Counted from the first letter of the stretch, positions 18,047-28,534 are shown. The stretch is DNA of 64,000 nucleotides from Clostridia bacterium (GCA_017472685.1 JAFUOO010000022.1:77483-141482), one strand, 5' to 3'. Program-made: numbers and translations. The notes: a model not told the origin generated them from the letters alone.

Positions 18047-18997
18047 CTATAGCGCATTAGTTAAAAGTGTGTAAAAAATCATGCATGAAAGCAAAACAAA
18101 ACATATTAGCGAAAACAGCGAAAGCCTTTTATAGGACAAAATATTTTTTATACGTGACGATAAATTTGCACCGCCGAAAGGAGAGGAAAACGCCGCTTTT
18201 CTCTCGAGAATATTTAAAAGAGAAAGAGCATAATCCTTCTTCTCTTTAAGGCTTAAATTTTTAACAACAGCTTCATCACAGGAGTGTTCCATATCCTGCA
18301 AAAAGCATTTCAAAAAGAGCCATGCAAAGGGGTTAAACCAATGAATGACAGCTGTTATAATTGCCAATATCCGCCGGAGATTGTCCATACGCTTTATGTG
18401 AATGCTTTCATGAGCAATAATGTAGGTAAGGTCAGCATCTCTAAAAGCTACGGGAATAATAATTTTAGGCTTAACAATGCCGTAAACGGCAGGGGAAGGT
18501 GTGCTTTCACAGGTGTAAATATTGTCTTTAAAATGAATGGCAGTTTTGTTGTTAAGAATTGTTTTTATGTAAAGACAAAGAAAAACAATAAAAAGGAACA
18601 GCACAACGCATAGCCATATGATTGCCGAAGTATTGAAAATGCCCTCCAACACATTTGTTTTGTAAGTTATGGGAAAGTAGCTTTCGGCTGCGCCCACAGA
18701 ATTCATCATGGACATTGACGGCGAATATGGATAATAAGAAGGAGCGCTGTATTCATATGCAACGGTGGTTTTAATTGAAAGCTCACTGAGCAAATTCATA
18801 AATGAATACTTGCTGTCAAGACCTATGGGCACCAAAAAACGAATAAACGGAATTATCCACAAAGCATAAATCATTCTTCGGGGAATTCTTTTTATATACC
18901 CAAGAAGCAAAATAATAATTCCCGTAAATGTGCCCATAATGCTCATGTTAAATACCCAATAGAATATTTCGCCGAGCATACTGTCACCTCTTTTCAA
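18047..18997 (-). CDS. BlaR1/MecR1-like M56 family membrane metallopeptidase (no sensor domain)
   Basis: 316 aa with a HESIH zinc motif (IIAHESIHIKRMD) and transmembrane segments. It overlaps the blaI-like stop. Confidence 0.7.
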   Translation of the reverse strand: MKRGDSMLGEIFYWVFNMSIMGTFTGIIILLLGYIKRIPRRMIYALWIIPFIRFLVPIGLDSKYSFMNLLSELSIKTTVAYEYSAPSYYPYSPSMSMMNSVGAAESYFPITYKTNVLEGIFNTSAIIWLCVVLFLFIVFLCLYIKTILNNKTAIHFKDNIYTCESTPSPAVYGIVKPKIIIPVAFRDADLTYIIAHESIHIKRMDNLRRILAIITAVIHWFNPFAWLFLKCFLQDMEHSCDEAVVKNLSLKEKKDYALSLLNILERKAAFSSPFGGANLSSRIKNILSYKRLSLFSLICFVLLSCMIFYTLLTNAL

Positions 18998-19337
18998 TCA
19001 TTTCACGCAAAGCAGAAAGTTCTTCGGAAGTTAAGCTTTCGTCCTCAAGGAGCGCCGAAAAAAGAGCACTTTTAGAGCCTTTGAAAAACTTGTCAATAAG
19101 ACTTTTGGTTTCTTTTTTGCATACCTCCTCACGTGGTATGAGCGAGGTGCAGACAAACCCCGGGTCATCACGCTTGACAAAACCTTTTTCAACAAGCTTT
19201 TTTATAACCGTGTAGGTTGTGTTTTTGTTCCAGCCTATTGTGCCTGCTGCAATAACGCTCAATTCCTTTGCACCTATGGGCTCGTTAGCCCAGATTAATT
19301 CCATAACCTTAATTTCGCTGTCAAATAATTTTTGCAT
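18984..19337 (-). CDS. BlaI/MecI/CopY family transcriptional repressor
   Basis: 117 aa with a winged-helix N-terminus (IWANEPIGAKEL) and a C-terminal dimerisation helix. Confidence 0.75.
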   Translation of the reverse strand: MQKLFDSEIKVMELIWANEPIGAKELSVIAAGTIGWNKNTTYTVIKKLVEKGFVKRDDPGFVCTSLIPREEVCKKETKSLIDKFFKGSKSALFSALLEDESLTSEELSALREMIEKR

Positions 19338-19347
19338 ATTAAAACCT

Positions 19348-19387
19348 CCAGACTATTTCTATAGTCTATACTATCAGAGTAGTCTGG
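19348..19387. promoter_or_regulatory. palindromic candidate operator upstream of the blaI-like gene
   Basis: ccagactatttctatagtctatactatcagagtagtctgg contains nested inverted repeats (agactat/atagtct and ccagacta/tagtctgg). Confidence 0.4.
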
Positions 19388-19566
19388 AAAAGTCAAGTAT
19401 TGAATTGAAATGTCGCAGATGATATAATAACCGCAAGAGTGCGATTATTATATCATCTGCAGGATTTTATGCGCCGCCGAAAATTTCCTCGCACACTCGG
19501 AAACGGCGATGTGCCTGTTATACCATTAAAAAATGGTATAATAAAACCCAATAAAGGAAGTGAAGC

Positions 19567-20683
19567 TATGTTAAACAGATTAACGGGTATTCTTATGAAT
19601 TTAATATACATTCTGGCTTTCGGGTATTGCGGAATACTGGTAAGTATATATGAACATATTTATGACATACCCCGGGGAGTGAGTGTCATCTTTTCAATAA
19701 CGGGTATTATCCTGGTTTATGCGGCAATGTTTCTGCAAACGATAATTCATGAAGCAGGGCATCTTGTGTTCGGGCTTTTGTCGGGATATAAGTTTTCGTC
19801 CTTCAGGATATTGAAATATACTTTTGTAAAAGTGAACGGAAAAATCAAAGTGAAAAAGTATAACATCCCGGGTACATTGGGGCAGTGTCTTATGGAGCCG
19901 CCTGAGCTTAAGAATGGCAAAATACCCGTTGTGCTGTTTAATTACGGCGGCGTTATTTTCAATTTTTCAGCATCGCTTTTATGCTACGGAATTTATTATG
20001 CCATCGGTTATGTAAGCTACTCAGATATGTTTTTGCGTATAATGATTGTTGTGGGGCTGTGCCTTGGCTTGACAAACGGAATACCCATGAAAAACAAACT
20101 ACTCGCCAATGACGGTTATCATATAATTTCCATGCTGAAAAACCAAAAGGCGTTATTAAGCATGTGGACGCAACTGAAAATTAATGCAATGCTGACAAAG
20201 GGCGTGCGTATTAAGGATATGCCCGATGAGTGGTTTTATTTGCCCGATGACGAGGCAATGCAAAACAATTCCGAGGCTGTCATGGGTGTGTTTTACTGTA
20301 GCCGTATGGTGGACGAGGGCAGGTTTCTTGATGCGGGCGAGCTGATAGAGCATTTGCTCAACATAAAGAGCGGTATTACAGGTTTGCACCGTATTCAGCT
20401 TACATTGGATTATATGTTCTGCGAAATGATGACTGAAAGCCGCAAGGCTGTGATAGACAAGCTCTGCACAAAGCAAATTGCAAAATCAATGAAAGCAATG
20501 AGCTGCTTTTTGTCCACAATAAGAACAGAATATGCATATGCGCTGTTGGTTGAAAAGGACATGGCAAAGGCAGAGCTTGTTATGAAACACTTTGAAAAAA
20601 CAGCAAAAAGCTACCCTTATCCTGCAGAGATAGCTGCGGAGTATGAATTTATAAAGCTGGTAAACGAAAAGGTCAAAGCTTAA
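19567..20683 (+). CDS. membrane zinc metalloprotease, site-2-protease (M50)-like
   Basis: HEAGH lies in a predicted transmembrane helix (IIHEAGHLVFG), with a downstream NDGYH motif. The ATG at 19567 with a GGAAG ribosome-binding site is preferred over the ORF-track start at 19439. Confidence 0.5.
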
Positions 20684-20799
20684 GCATTTAAAAAAGGACT
20701 TTTGCAGTACAAAATTGCACAAGTCCTTTTTTTACTATGGTTGAATTGCAGTAATTGTTGTGGTAAAATTACAGTAACAAACTTAAAAGGGTGATTATT

Positions 20800-21345
20800 A
20801 TGCTTACAAAACAGGATTACGAAAAATACAGCAGCCTTGCACTTGAATACCTTGAAAAAGCAGGTATCGTCATAACAGAAACGGAAAAGAAAAATGTTGA
20901 GGTTGCAGAATATGAGCTTGGCTGCATTGAAAAGGTAGGGCTTGAGCTTGTTGTGTACGTTAACACTGAAAAATGCTGTGCAAAGGAGCTTGTTTTGCTC
21001 CCGGGGCAGACCTGTCCCGAGCACCGTCACCCTGCAATAGGTGGGGAGGACGGCAAGGAGGAAACCTTCCGCTGCCGCTACGGTAAGGTGTATCTTTACG
21101 TTGAGGGCGAAGAAACCGAAAACAGGCAGACAAATCCTCCCGAAGGCATGGAGGAATACTTTACCTGCAAAAAGGAAATTGTGCTTAACCCCGGCGAACA
21201 GTACACCATCATGCCAAACACCCTTCACTGGTTCCGTGCAGGGGACTGCGGTGCAATCGTGTCGGAATTTTCTACAAAGAGCAGGGATGAATACGACATT
21301 TACACAGACCCACGGATTATAGCTGCAGGAGCGAGACAAGTATGA
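20800..21345 (+). CDS. D-lyxose/D-mannose isomerase-like cupin
   Basis: About 180 aa cupin with the metal motif CPEHRHP...E...H and the size typical of D-lyxose ketol-isomerases. Confidence 0.55.
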   Translation: MLTKQDYEKYSSLALEYLEKAGIVITETEKKNVEVAEYELGCIEKVGLELVVYVNTEKCCAKELVLLPGQTCPEHRHPAIGGEDGKEETFRCRYGKVYLYVEGEETENRQTNPPEGMEEYFTCKKEIVLNPGEQYTIMPNTLHWFRAGDCGAIVSEFSTKSRDEYDIYTDPRIIAAGARQV

Positions 21346-22283
21346 AAAAATTTGACGTTACAGCCTTAGGCGAAATTCTTATCGACATGACCTATGCAGG
21401 GAAAAGCGATTGTGGGCAGACCCTTTTTGAACAAAACCCCGGTGGCGCACCTGCAAATGTTTTAAGTGCAGTAAGCCGTCTGGGCGGAAAATGTGCATTT
21501 ATTGGCAAGGTTGGCAGCGATATGCACGGCAGATTTTTGCTCGATGTTTTAAAGAGTGAGGGCATATCTGCCGACGGCGTTATAGAAGATGAAAAATATT
21601 TCACAACACTTGCCTTTGTAAACCTTGACGAAAAGGGCGAAAGGAGCTTTTCCTTTGCACGTAAACCCGGTGCAGACACCTGTCTTACTGAAAGCGAAGT
21701 GCGCTTTGACATAATTGAACAGAGCAAAATATTCCACGTTGGGTCGCTGTCCTTAACAGACGAGCCTTGTCGCAGTGCAACCTTTGCCGCATTAAAGCAT
21801 GCCAAAGAAAAAGGGCTTTTAATTTCCTATGACCCGAACTACCGCGCAATGCTCTGGCAGAGCGAGGAAAAGGCAATTATGGGCATGAAGTCAATAATTG
21901 CCTACGTTGATATAATAAAAGTTTCCGACGAGGAGATAAAGCTCTTAACAGGCTTTGAGGATGAAGTAAAGGCTTCGGAAGCACTTTTGAATATGGGGGT
22001 AAAAGTTGTTATCGTAACCCTTGGAGCAAAGGGTGCCCTTGTGAGAAACAAGGAGGGCTATATTTATTCAGAAGCCCGAAAGGTCAATGCAATTGACACC
22101 ACTGGTGCAGGGGATGCATTTATGGGCGGCTTTCTTTATAAAGTGATTGAAAGCGGAAAAGGTGAATTCACCCTCAGAGAAATTGAAAACTTTGCCGCAT
22201 TTGCAAACCGTGTGGCAGCACATTGTGTTCAAAGGCGTGGCGCGATAAACGCAATGCCGTTTATTGACGAGATAAAGAACTGA
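21342..22283 (+). CDS. PfkB family carbohydrate kinase (fructokinase-like)
   Basis: 313 aa with the GGAPANV and DTTGAGDAF signature motifs. Confidence 0.8.
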   Translation: MKKFDVTALGEILIDMTYAGKSDCGQTLFEQNPGGAPANVLSAVSRLGGKCAFIGKVGSDMHGRFLLDVLKSEGISADGVIEDEKYFTTLAFVNLDEKGERSFSFARKPGADTCLTESEVRFDIIEQSKIFHVGSLSLTDEPCRSATFAALKHAKEKGLLISYDPNYRAMLWQSEEKAIMGMKSIIAYVDIIKVSDEEIKLLTGFEDEVKASEALLNMGVKVVIVTLGAKGALVRNKEGYIYSEARKVNAIDTTGAGDAFMGGFLYKVIESGKGEFTLREIENFAAFANRVAAHCVQRRGAINAMPFIDEIKN

Positions 22284-22288
22284 AAAAA

Positions 22289-22314
22289 CGACAGACCGAT
22301 GGTCTGTCGTTTTT
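22289..22314 (+). terminator. rho-independent terminator
   Basis: acgacagaccgatggtctgtcgt followed by tttt. Confidence 0.8.
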
Positions 22315-22362
22315 GATTGAAATTGATAAAAGAATATTGTATAATAAATTTGGGGTGATATC

Positions 22363-22659
22363 ATGATGGATTACGTAATTGGAATTTTGGTTATAGGATT
22401 AATGGGGCTCTGCTATTGGAACTTGTTCAAAAAAAGCTTTGCAAAAGTAAAAAAGGTTAAGGCACAGCTTGTGGAAAAGTATACATATACGCCTGTTTCA
22501 AGAAGCGAGGCTAACCCTAAGGTTTATGTTCTGGTGTTTGAATGTGAAAAGGGCAAGCGGCTTTCATTTAATGTGCCTCAGTTTTCCTATGGCGGCTATA
22601 AGCTTAAAAAGAAAGGCACTCTCAAATATAAGGGCGACATGATATTGGAGTTTAAGTGA
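22363..22659 (+). CDS. small hypothetical protein with N-terminal transmembrane segment
   Basis: 98-aa ORF with a GGTG ribosome-binding site upstream. Confidence 0.35.
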   Translation: MMDYVIGILVIGLMGLCYWNLFKKSFAKVKKVKAQLVEKYTYTPVSRSEANPKVYVLVFECEKGKRLSFNVPQFSYGGYKLKKKGTLKYKGDMILEFK

Positions 22660-22671
22660 GGAGAATGAAAA

Positions 22672-23019
22672 GTGAAAAAAGACAAGCTTTTAATGCTTCT
22701 GCGTTTTTTGGGCGTAGCAATTTTTATTATAGGCGCATTTGCCCGTGAGTGGTTACCTGACGATAAAGAATACCTTTCACTTATGCTGATGGTAATTGGT
22801 ATTGCAACTAATTTGTCTGCTGTTTTTCAAACAAAAATTGTGTATGTGTGCCCTGTGTGTAAAACACAGTTTGACATGCCCAAGGGCGAACTTGTGTTAA
22901 CTGCAGGCACCCATAGAAGCGCACTTAAAGCATCGCTTTTAACCTGCCCTTGCTGTAAAAAAACCAATTTTTGCATGAGAAAAAGAGTGGCAAAAGTAAA
23001 GGAGATAGAAAATGATTGA
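22672..23019 (+). CDS. small membrane protein with zinc-ribbon (CPVC...CPCC)
   Basis: 115 aa with two transmembrane helices followed by 4 Cys arranged as two CxxC-type pairs. Confidence 0.35.
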   Translation: MKKDKLLMLLRFLGVAIFIIGAFAREWLPDDKEYLSLMLMVIGIATNLSAVFQTKIVYVCPVCKTQFDMPKGELVLTAGTHRSALKASLLTCPCCKKTNFCMRKRVAKVKEIEND

Positions 23020-23470
23020 ATTCGGTAGCGAAAATATTGGCATGGAAAAGGGAGCTTTTCTTGAAAGATTAGAAGAAGGCGAGGATAACAAGCTTACTGT
23101 TACCATTTCACTTTCAACAAATGGAGAAGTTGGGGAGAATATCCCTAATTATGAAGAAGATGTCATAAAACGTATACTTGAAAAAGCAAAGCCCGTATAT
23201 CCCGATAAGGAAAATACATATGAAATATATTTTGATAACTACGTTATGTATCAGGTGCGAAACGAATCCTTTGCAGCCTTTGATGAAGATGAGGCAAGGT
23301 GCGGAAACAGACTTATAATTTTTGAAAAGTCAAAGCTTCTGGATTATGTGAAAACAGTTGTATGGGCTGATGAAAAATATTTTGGTGGATATAAGCACTA
23401 TGGTATATATACCGAAAATCAGATTATAGATGTAATTTCACAAATTGAGCCGACAGTTAAGAAGCTGTAA
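23012..23470 (+). CDS. hypothetical protein (152 aa)
   Basis: ORF overlapping the previous stop. No family recognised. Confidence 0.35.
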   Translation: MIEFGSENIGMEKGAFLERLEEGEDNKLTVTISLSTNGEVGENIPNYEEDVIKRILEKAKPVYPDKENTYEIYFDNYVMYQVRNESFAAFDEDEARCGNRLIIFEKSKLLDYVKTVVWADEKYFGGYKHYGIYTENQIIDVISQIEPTVKKL

Positions 23471-23555
23471 AACGCTCCCTTGAAAGGCTCCCTTGTGTAA
23501 AGGGAGCTGTCACGAAGTGACTGAGGGATTGGCTGAAAAAATCGGAGGAATTGTA

Positions 23556-23915
23556 ATGGATAGAAAACACAACAAAGATATAGTGCCATTTGCGAAAAAC
23601 TTACGTAAAAATATGACAAAAGAAGAACGGCATCTTTGGTATGATTTCTTAAGAAGCTATCCTGTGAAATTTTTGCGGCAAAAAGTATTGGGAAAATACA
23701 TAGCAGATTTTTATTGTGCAAAAGCGATGCTGGTTATAGAACTTGACGGCTCGCAACACTATGAGGAAAAAGGCCTGGAAAATGATTTGCAGAGAACGAA
23801 ATTCTTAGAAGAATATGGGATAAAGGTTATAAGAATTTCAAACCTTGATGTGAACAGGAATTTTGAAGGTGTATGTGAATATATAGATTGTTTGGTAAAA
23901 CAATCTATTGGATAA
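23556..23915 (+). CDS. DUF559 / Vsr-like endonuclease-fold protein
   Basis: MDRKHNKD...LRKNMTKEERHLW...VIELDG.QH is typical of DUF559. It is followed by two short hairpins (catgctgaagcatg and ccctcctttacacaaggaggg). Confidence 0.6.
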   Translation: MDRKHNKDIVPFAKNLRKNMTKEERHLWYDFLRSYPVKFLRQKVLGKYIADFYCAKAMLVIELDGSQHYEEKGLENDLQRTKFLEEYGIKVIRISNLDVNRNFEGVCEYIDCLVKQSIG

Positions 23916-24021
23916 AACAATCCTCCCGTCATGCTGAAGCATGCCACCCTCCTTTACACAAGGAGGGCTATCGTGAAGAAAGTTAAGTAGTGGACATTCG
24001 AAAAAAGAAAAGGAGAAAAAT

Positions 24022-25114
24022 TATGTTTAATTATTTAATGCCCACAAAGGTAATTGTAGGCGAAAACTGTGTTAAGGAAAACGCAAGCGAATTAATCTTA
24101 GGCTCAAAATGCATGATTGTAACAGGCAGAACAAGTGGTGCAAAGAGTGGTGCCCTTGGCGATGTAACAGAGGTTTTAAAGGAAAAGGGAATCGAATACC
24201 TTGTGTATGACCATATTGGCAACAACCCCACCATTGAAGAATGCGCAGAGGGTGGAAAGGTAGCCAAGGATTTCGGAGCCGACTTTTTAATAGGCATTGG
24301 CGGTGGCTCGCCCCTTGATGCGTGCAAGGCTATCGCGGTGTATGCCGTTAATGATATGGATATGTATGATATTTTTGAGGGTAAATTTACTAACAAGCCT
24401 CTGCCCATGGCGGCAATCCCCACAACTGCAGGCACAGGCAGCGAAACTACGCCTTATTCCATTTTAACGCTTCACAAAATCAATAACAAGCAGAGCTTTG
24501 CCCACCCGGATGTTTTCTACAAGGTGGCATTCTTAGACGGCAGATACACCGTTAAGTTGCCGCTTCAGATTGCACGCAACACTGCAATTGATGCAATGAG
24601 CCATCTTTTAGAAGGCTTTACGGATAAAAAGGCGAGCATGGCAAGCGACTACATTGCCCTTGAAGGCTTGCGCATTATCGGCAAGTATGTTGACAATTTA
24701 AGAAACGGCAATTTCAACACCCAAATCTGCACCGACCTTTTGTGGGCTGCGAGCTTAGGCGGCATTGTTATCAGCCAGACGGGCACAACAATCGTTCACT
24801 CCATGGGCTATGCCTTAACTTACAACAAGGACATACCTCATGGCATGGCAAACGGGCTTCTATTGGGCGAATACCTTGAACGCACAAAGGCAGTATTGCC
24901 CGAGAAAATTGCTTTGGCAATGAATGCTCTGGGTATGAGCTTAGAGGCTTTTAAAGCCTTTCTTAAAGAGTGCCTGCCCTGCAATGCCCATTTTGACGAG
25001 GAGGAGCTTATAAAATGGAGCGAAACCGCCATCAAGGCTAAAAACGCTATGGTTTGCCCCTTTGATATAACACAGGAGGACGAGATAGAAATTTACAAAA
25101 AGTGTCTTTTATAA
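24022..25114 (+). CDS. iron-containing (group III) alcohol dehydrogenase
   Basis: GGGSPLD, metal-binding His residues and about 365 aa. Ribosome-binding site AAGGAG. Confidence 0.8.
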
Positions 25115-25126
25115 GGAGGAAAAACA

Positions 25127-26377
25127 ATGTCAACTTTACTTTGTTTATTGTACCTTTTGGCAAGTGTGATATTTCTTATTATCCCTAAAACCCGACATAT
25201 CGGCAAAATAATGCTTACAGTCGGAATTGTTGCATTTTCGCCCCTTATGGTGCTGTACGCTTTTATACTTGCGGCGTTTTCTTCGGGAAACATTCTCGTA
25301 CCCATATGCTCGGTTGCATTGTGCGTTTGTTTATCCGTTCTTATTTTAGGCGTAATCTGGGGCTTTATCAAAAACAAAAAGTGTTACATACCTGTTATCT
25401 CGGTGCTTGTTTTAAGCGCAGGAGTACTCGGCGGTATATACGCACACAAGGCGTATATTAATTCCATACCCACAGTGGGCGAGGGCAGAAATGTTTTGTA
25501 CGACTATACCCCTTATGAATACAATTCAAAAACAGCCTCTCTTGAAAAAGAAGCATCCCTTCTTTTAAGCGAGGATTTACCGAAAATGGACGGCGCAACA
25601 GCGCTGTACCCCGTTTATGCAGCTTTTGCAAAGGCGGTTTATCCCAAGGAGGTTTTCTTCGACGAAAACGGTAACGTTGAAAATTATCACAACAACAAAT
25701 ACGTTACCTGCACAACCACAAGTAATGCCTACGGAAAAATTGTAACAGGTGAGGCTGATATTATTTTTGTGGCATCACCCAGCAAGGAGCAGGACCAATT
25801 TGCCCATGAGTGCGGAGTTGAGCTTGTATACACTCCCATCGGGAACGAGGCCTTTGTGTTCTTTGTAAACAGCAAAAACCCCATAGAGGATATTACTCTG
25901 GAGGCTGTGCAGAAAGTATATTCTGGCGAAATAAAAGATTGGAGCGAGCTTGGTGTTGCGTCTTTGGGCAAAATCCGTGCCTTCCAGCGCGAAGAGGGCA
26001 GCGGAAGCCAGTCAACGATTATAAAGCTCATGGCGGGCAAAGCCTTAAAGGAGCCCGAGATGGAAGATGTGGTGGACGGCATGGGCGGAATAATAAGCCG
26101 CACGGCAGATTACAAAAACTACAAAAATGCCATCGGCTATTCCTTCAGGTTTTATTCAACCGAGATGGTCAAGAACAACATGATAAAGCTTCTTAAGATA
26201 AACGGCATTGAGCCTACTCTCGAGAACATTGAAAACGGAACATACCCCATAACAGGCAATTTTTACGCTGTGACAAGAAGCAACATGAGCGAAAACACAA
26301 AAAAGCTTCTGGAATGGATACAGGGCGAGGAAGGACAGAAGCTCATTGAACTTACGGGGTATACGCCACTTAAATAA
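25127..26377 (+). CDS. membrane-anchored PstS-like periplasmic-binding-domain protein (orphan)
   Basis: 3-4 N-terminal transmembrane helices followed by a phosphate-binding-protein-like domain. No adjacent ABC permease genes. Confidence 0.5.
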   Translation: MSTLLCLLYLLASVIFLIIPKTRHIGKIMLTVGIVAFSPLMVLYAFILAAFSSGNILVPICSVALCVCLSVLILGVIWGFIKNKKCYIPVISVLVLSAGVLGGIYAHKAYINSIPTVGEGRNVLYDYTPYEYNSKTASLEKEASLLLSEDLPKMDGATALYPVYAAFAKAVYPKEVFFDENGNVENYHNNKYVTCTTTSNAYGKIVTGEADIIFVASPSKEQDQFAHECGVELVYTPIGNEAFVFFVNSKNPIEDITLEAVQKVYSGEIKDWSELGVASLGKIRAFQREEGSGSQSTIIKLMAGKALKEPEMEDVVDGMGGIISRTADYKNYKNAIGYSFRFYSTEMVKNNMIKLLKINGIEPTLENIENGTYPITGNFYAVTRSNMSENTKKLLEWIQGEEGQKLIELTGYTPLK

Positions 26378-26393
26378 TACGGGCGGTGAAAAA

Positions 26394-27632
26394 ATGGCTT
26401 ACAAAGAGCTTGTAAAAAGCTTTGAAAAAATAAGAATGTATATGCGTGATTTTTATGTTTACGGCTTTAAAACGCGCAATGATTTCAATAAAAAAAGCCT
26501 TCGTAGCTATGATGACGAAAAGCGCAGGATAGAGAGCTATCTGGGAAATTATATGTATTTTGAAAGCTCAAGTGACGGAAAAAGAGTTTTTTTATCAATC
26601 GACAGCAGAGAGGCTGTGCACAATCCGCTTTTTAAGGCATGGAAAGCAAAGAGCTTTACCGACGGTGACATAACACTGCACTTTATATTGTGCGATATTT
26701 TGTCAAAAGGGGTAAGTATGTCACCTGTTGATATTGTAGCAGAGGTTGACAGGTATTTGTCTGTATTTGAAAAGCCTATGACCTTTGACGAGTCCACCGT
26801 AAGAAAAAAGCTGAAGGAATACGAAAAAACAGGTATTGTAGTCAGCGAAAAGCAGTCGCGGAAAACACTCTACCGCATGGCAGAATGTACAGACATTTCC
26901 CATATGACAGATATGCTCAACTTTTTTGCCGAGGCATCTCCGTTAGGTGTTATTGGCTCGTTTTTGCTGGATAAAACACAGGAGAAGAAAACAAGCTTTT
27001 CCTTCAAGCACCATTACATAACCGCCACCATGGATTGTGGGATTTTATACAGGCTCCTTTGCGCAATCCATGAAAGAAAAAGCTGTGAGACACAGATTGT
27101 TTCCGCAAAAACAGGAGCAGAGTATGCCTATAGCATTGTTCCTTTACGAGTGTTGTGGAGCGTGCAATCCGGGCGTTATTATTGCATGGGCTATAACAAT
27201 TTAAGGCATAGAATAGAAACCTACAGGATTGACCACATAACCGATGTAAAGAAAGGGGATGTGAGCCCTGATTTTGACAAGTACCGCACAAGGCTTGCCA
27301 ACATAGAAAAGCACATGTGGGGTGCATCTGTTCCCATAGCTAAGGACAAACTGCAAACGGTATCGTTCACACTTTTTGTAAACGAAGGTGAAGAATACAT
27401 AATAAGGCGTCTTGAGCGAGAAAAAAGGTGTGGCAGCATAGAGCAGGTTGATGAAAATCATTATAAATTTACTGCCACCGTTGCAGATGAATGGGAATTA
27501 ACCCCCTGGATAAGAACATTTATCTGCCGTATAACCAATATAAGCTTTTCTGATAAGGAAAACGAGAAAAGGTTTAAAAATGATATAGCTGCCATGTGTA
27601 CGCTTTACGGTATCGGAGGTGAAAAGGTATGA
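26394..27632 (+). CDS. WYL-domain protein (HTH-WYL-WCX architecture), PafB/C-like
   Basis: The central region (IVPLRVLWSVQSGRYYCMGYN...RIETYRIDHI) resembles a WYL domain. It is translationally coupled to a second WYL gene. Confidence 0.5.
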   Translation: MAYKELVKSFEKIRMYMRDFYVYGFKTRNDFNKKSLRSYDDEKRRIESYLGNYMYFESSSDGKRVFLSIDSREAVHNPLFKAWKAKSFTDGDITLHFILCDILSKGVSMSPVDIVAEVDRYLSVFEKPMTFDESTVRKKLKEYEKTGIVVSEKQSRKTLYRMAECTDISHMTDMLNFFAEASPLGVIGSFLLDKTQEKKTSFSFKHHYITATMDCGILYRLLCAIHERKSCETQIVSAKTGAEYAYSIVPLRVLWSVQSGRYYCMGYNNLRHRIETYRIDHITDVKKGDVSPDFDKYRTRLANIEKHMWGASVPIAKDKLQTVSFTLFVNEGEEYIIRRLEREKRCGSIEQVDENHYKFTATVADEWELTPWIRTFICRITNISFSDKENEKRFKNDIAAMCTLYGIGGEKV

Positions 27633-28531
27633 TGTTTTCCGAGCTTTACGGAGCATACTACAATACTGTTGCAAAGCTTATTGAACATGCCATTGACGGA
27701 AACCTTACACTTGACCTTATGCGTGAAATTATTAACAGCAACGCCTTTTCGGAAAGCGGATGGCTTATTGAGGATGCAATAAAAACAGAGCGTTGGCAGC
27801 TTATTACACAAGACTGGAAAACACCTGTTACGTGTAAGCCTGTAATGCCATTAACCGAGCTTGAAAAGAGCTGGCTTAAGGCAATCAGCCTGGATGAAAG
27901 AGTAAAGCTCTTTGGTGTGGATTTTGGTTTTCTTGAAGGTGTTGAACCGCTTTTTACAAGTGAAGACATAAGAATTTATGACCAATATCTTGACGGAGAT
28001 AATTACTCGGATGCGGGATATATTGAGCGTTTTAAAATAATACTGGAAGCCGTAAAAAAGGGTCTGCCTCTTGAAATTGTAATGCTCAACCGCCGTGGCG
28101 AAGAAATACTCAGATACGTTCAACCAAAAAAGATAGAATATTCACCCAAGGACGATAAGTTCCGTCTTATTGCCAGAGGTCTCAGGAGCTTTGAAACAAT
28201 AAATCTGCAGAAGATTACCTCCTGCAAAATAAAGGACGGCAAGCTCAGATTTGAGCGAAGAACACAAAAAGAGGAGCCCTCCTTTGTAACCTTTGAGCTC
28301 TATGACGAGCGAAAGGCATTGGAGAGAGTGCTTTTGCACTTTGCACATCTTAAAAAGAAAACCGTGCAGACAGGGGACAACACCTATTTGGTAACCATCT
28401 ATTACGATAAGTTCGACGAAACGGAAATCCTGATAAGGATACTGTCCTTCGGGCCTATGATAAAGGTTACGGCACCTGATAAGTTTGTAGAGCTTGTAAA
28501 AGAAAGACTAATTAAACAGCTGGAAATTTGA
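27629..28531 (+). CDS. WYL-domain protein, second member of the tandem pair
   Basis: LEIVMLNRRGEEILRYVQPKKIEYSPKDDKFRLIARG is a WYL-like core. Its start overlaps the upstream stop (ATGA). Confidence 0.5.
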   Translation: MMFSELYGAYYNTVAKLIEHAIDGNLTLDLMREIINSNAFSESGWLIEDAIKTERWQLITQDWKTPVTCKPVMPLTELEKSWLKAISLDERVKLFGVDFGFLEGVEPLFTSEDIRIYDQYLDGDNYSDAGYIERFKIILEAVKKGLPLEIVMLNRRGEEILRYVQPKKIEYSPKDDKFRLIARGLRSFETINLQKITSCKIKDGKLRFERRTQKEEPSFVTFELYDERKALERVLLHFAHLKKKTVQTGDNTYLVTIYYDKFDETEILIRILSFGPMIKVTAPDKFVELVKERLIKQLEI

Positions 28532-28534
28532 AAA

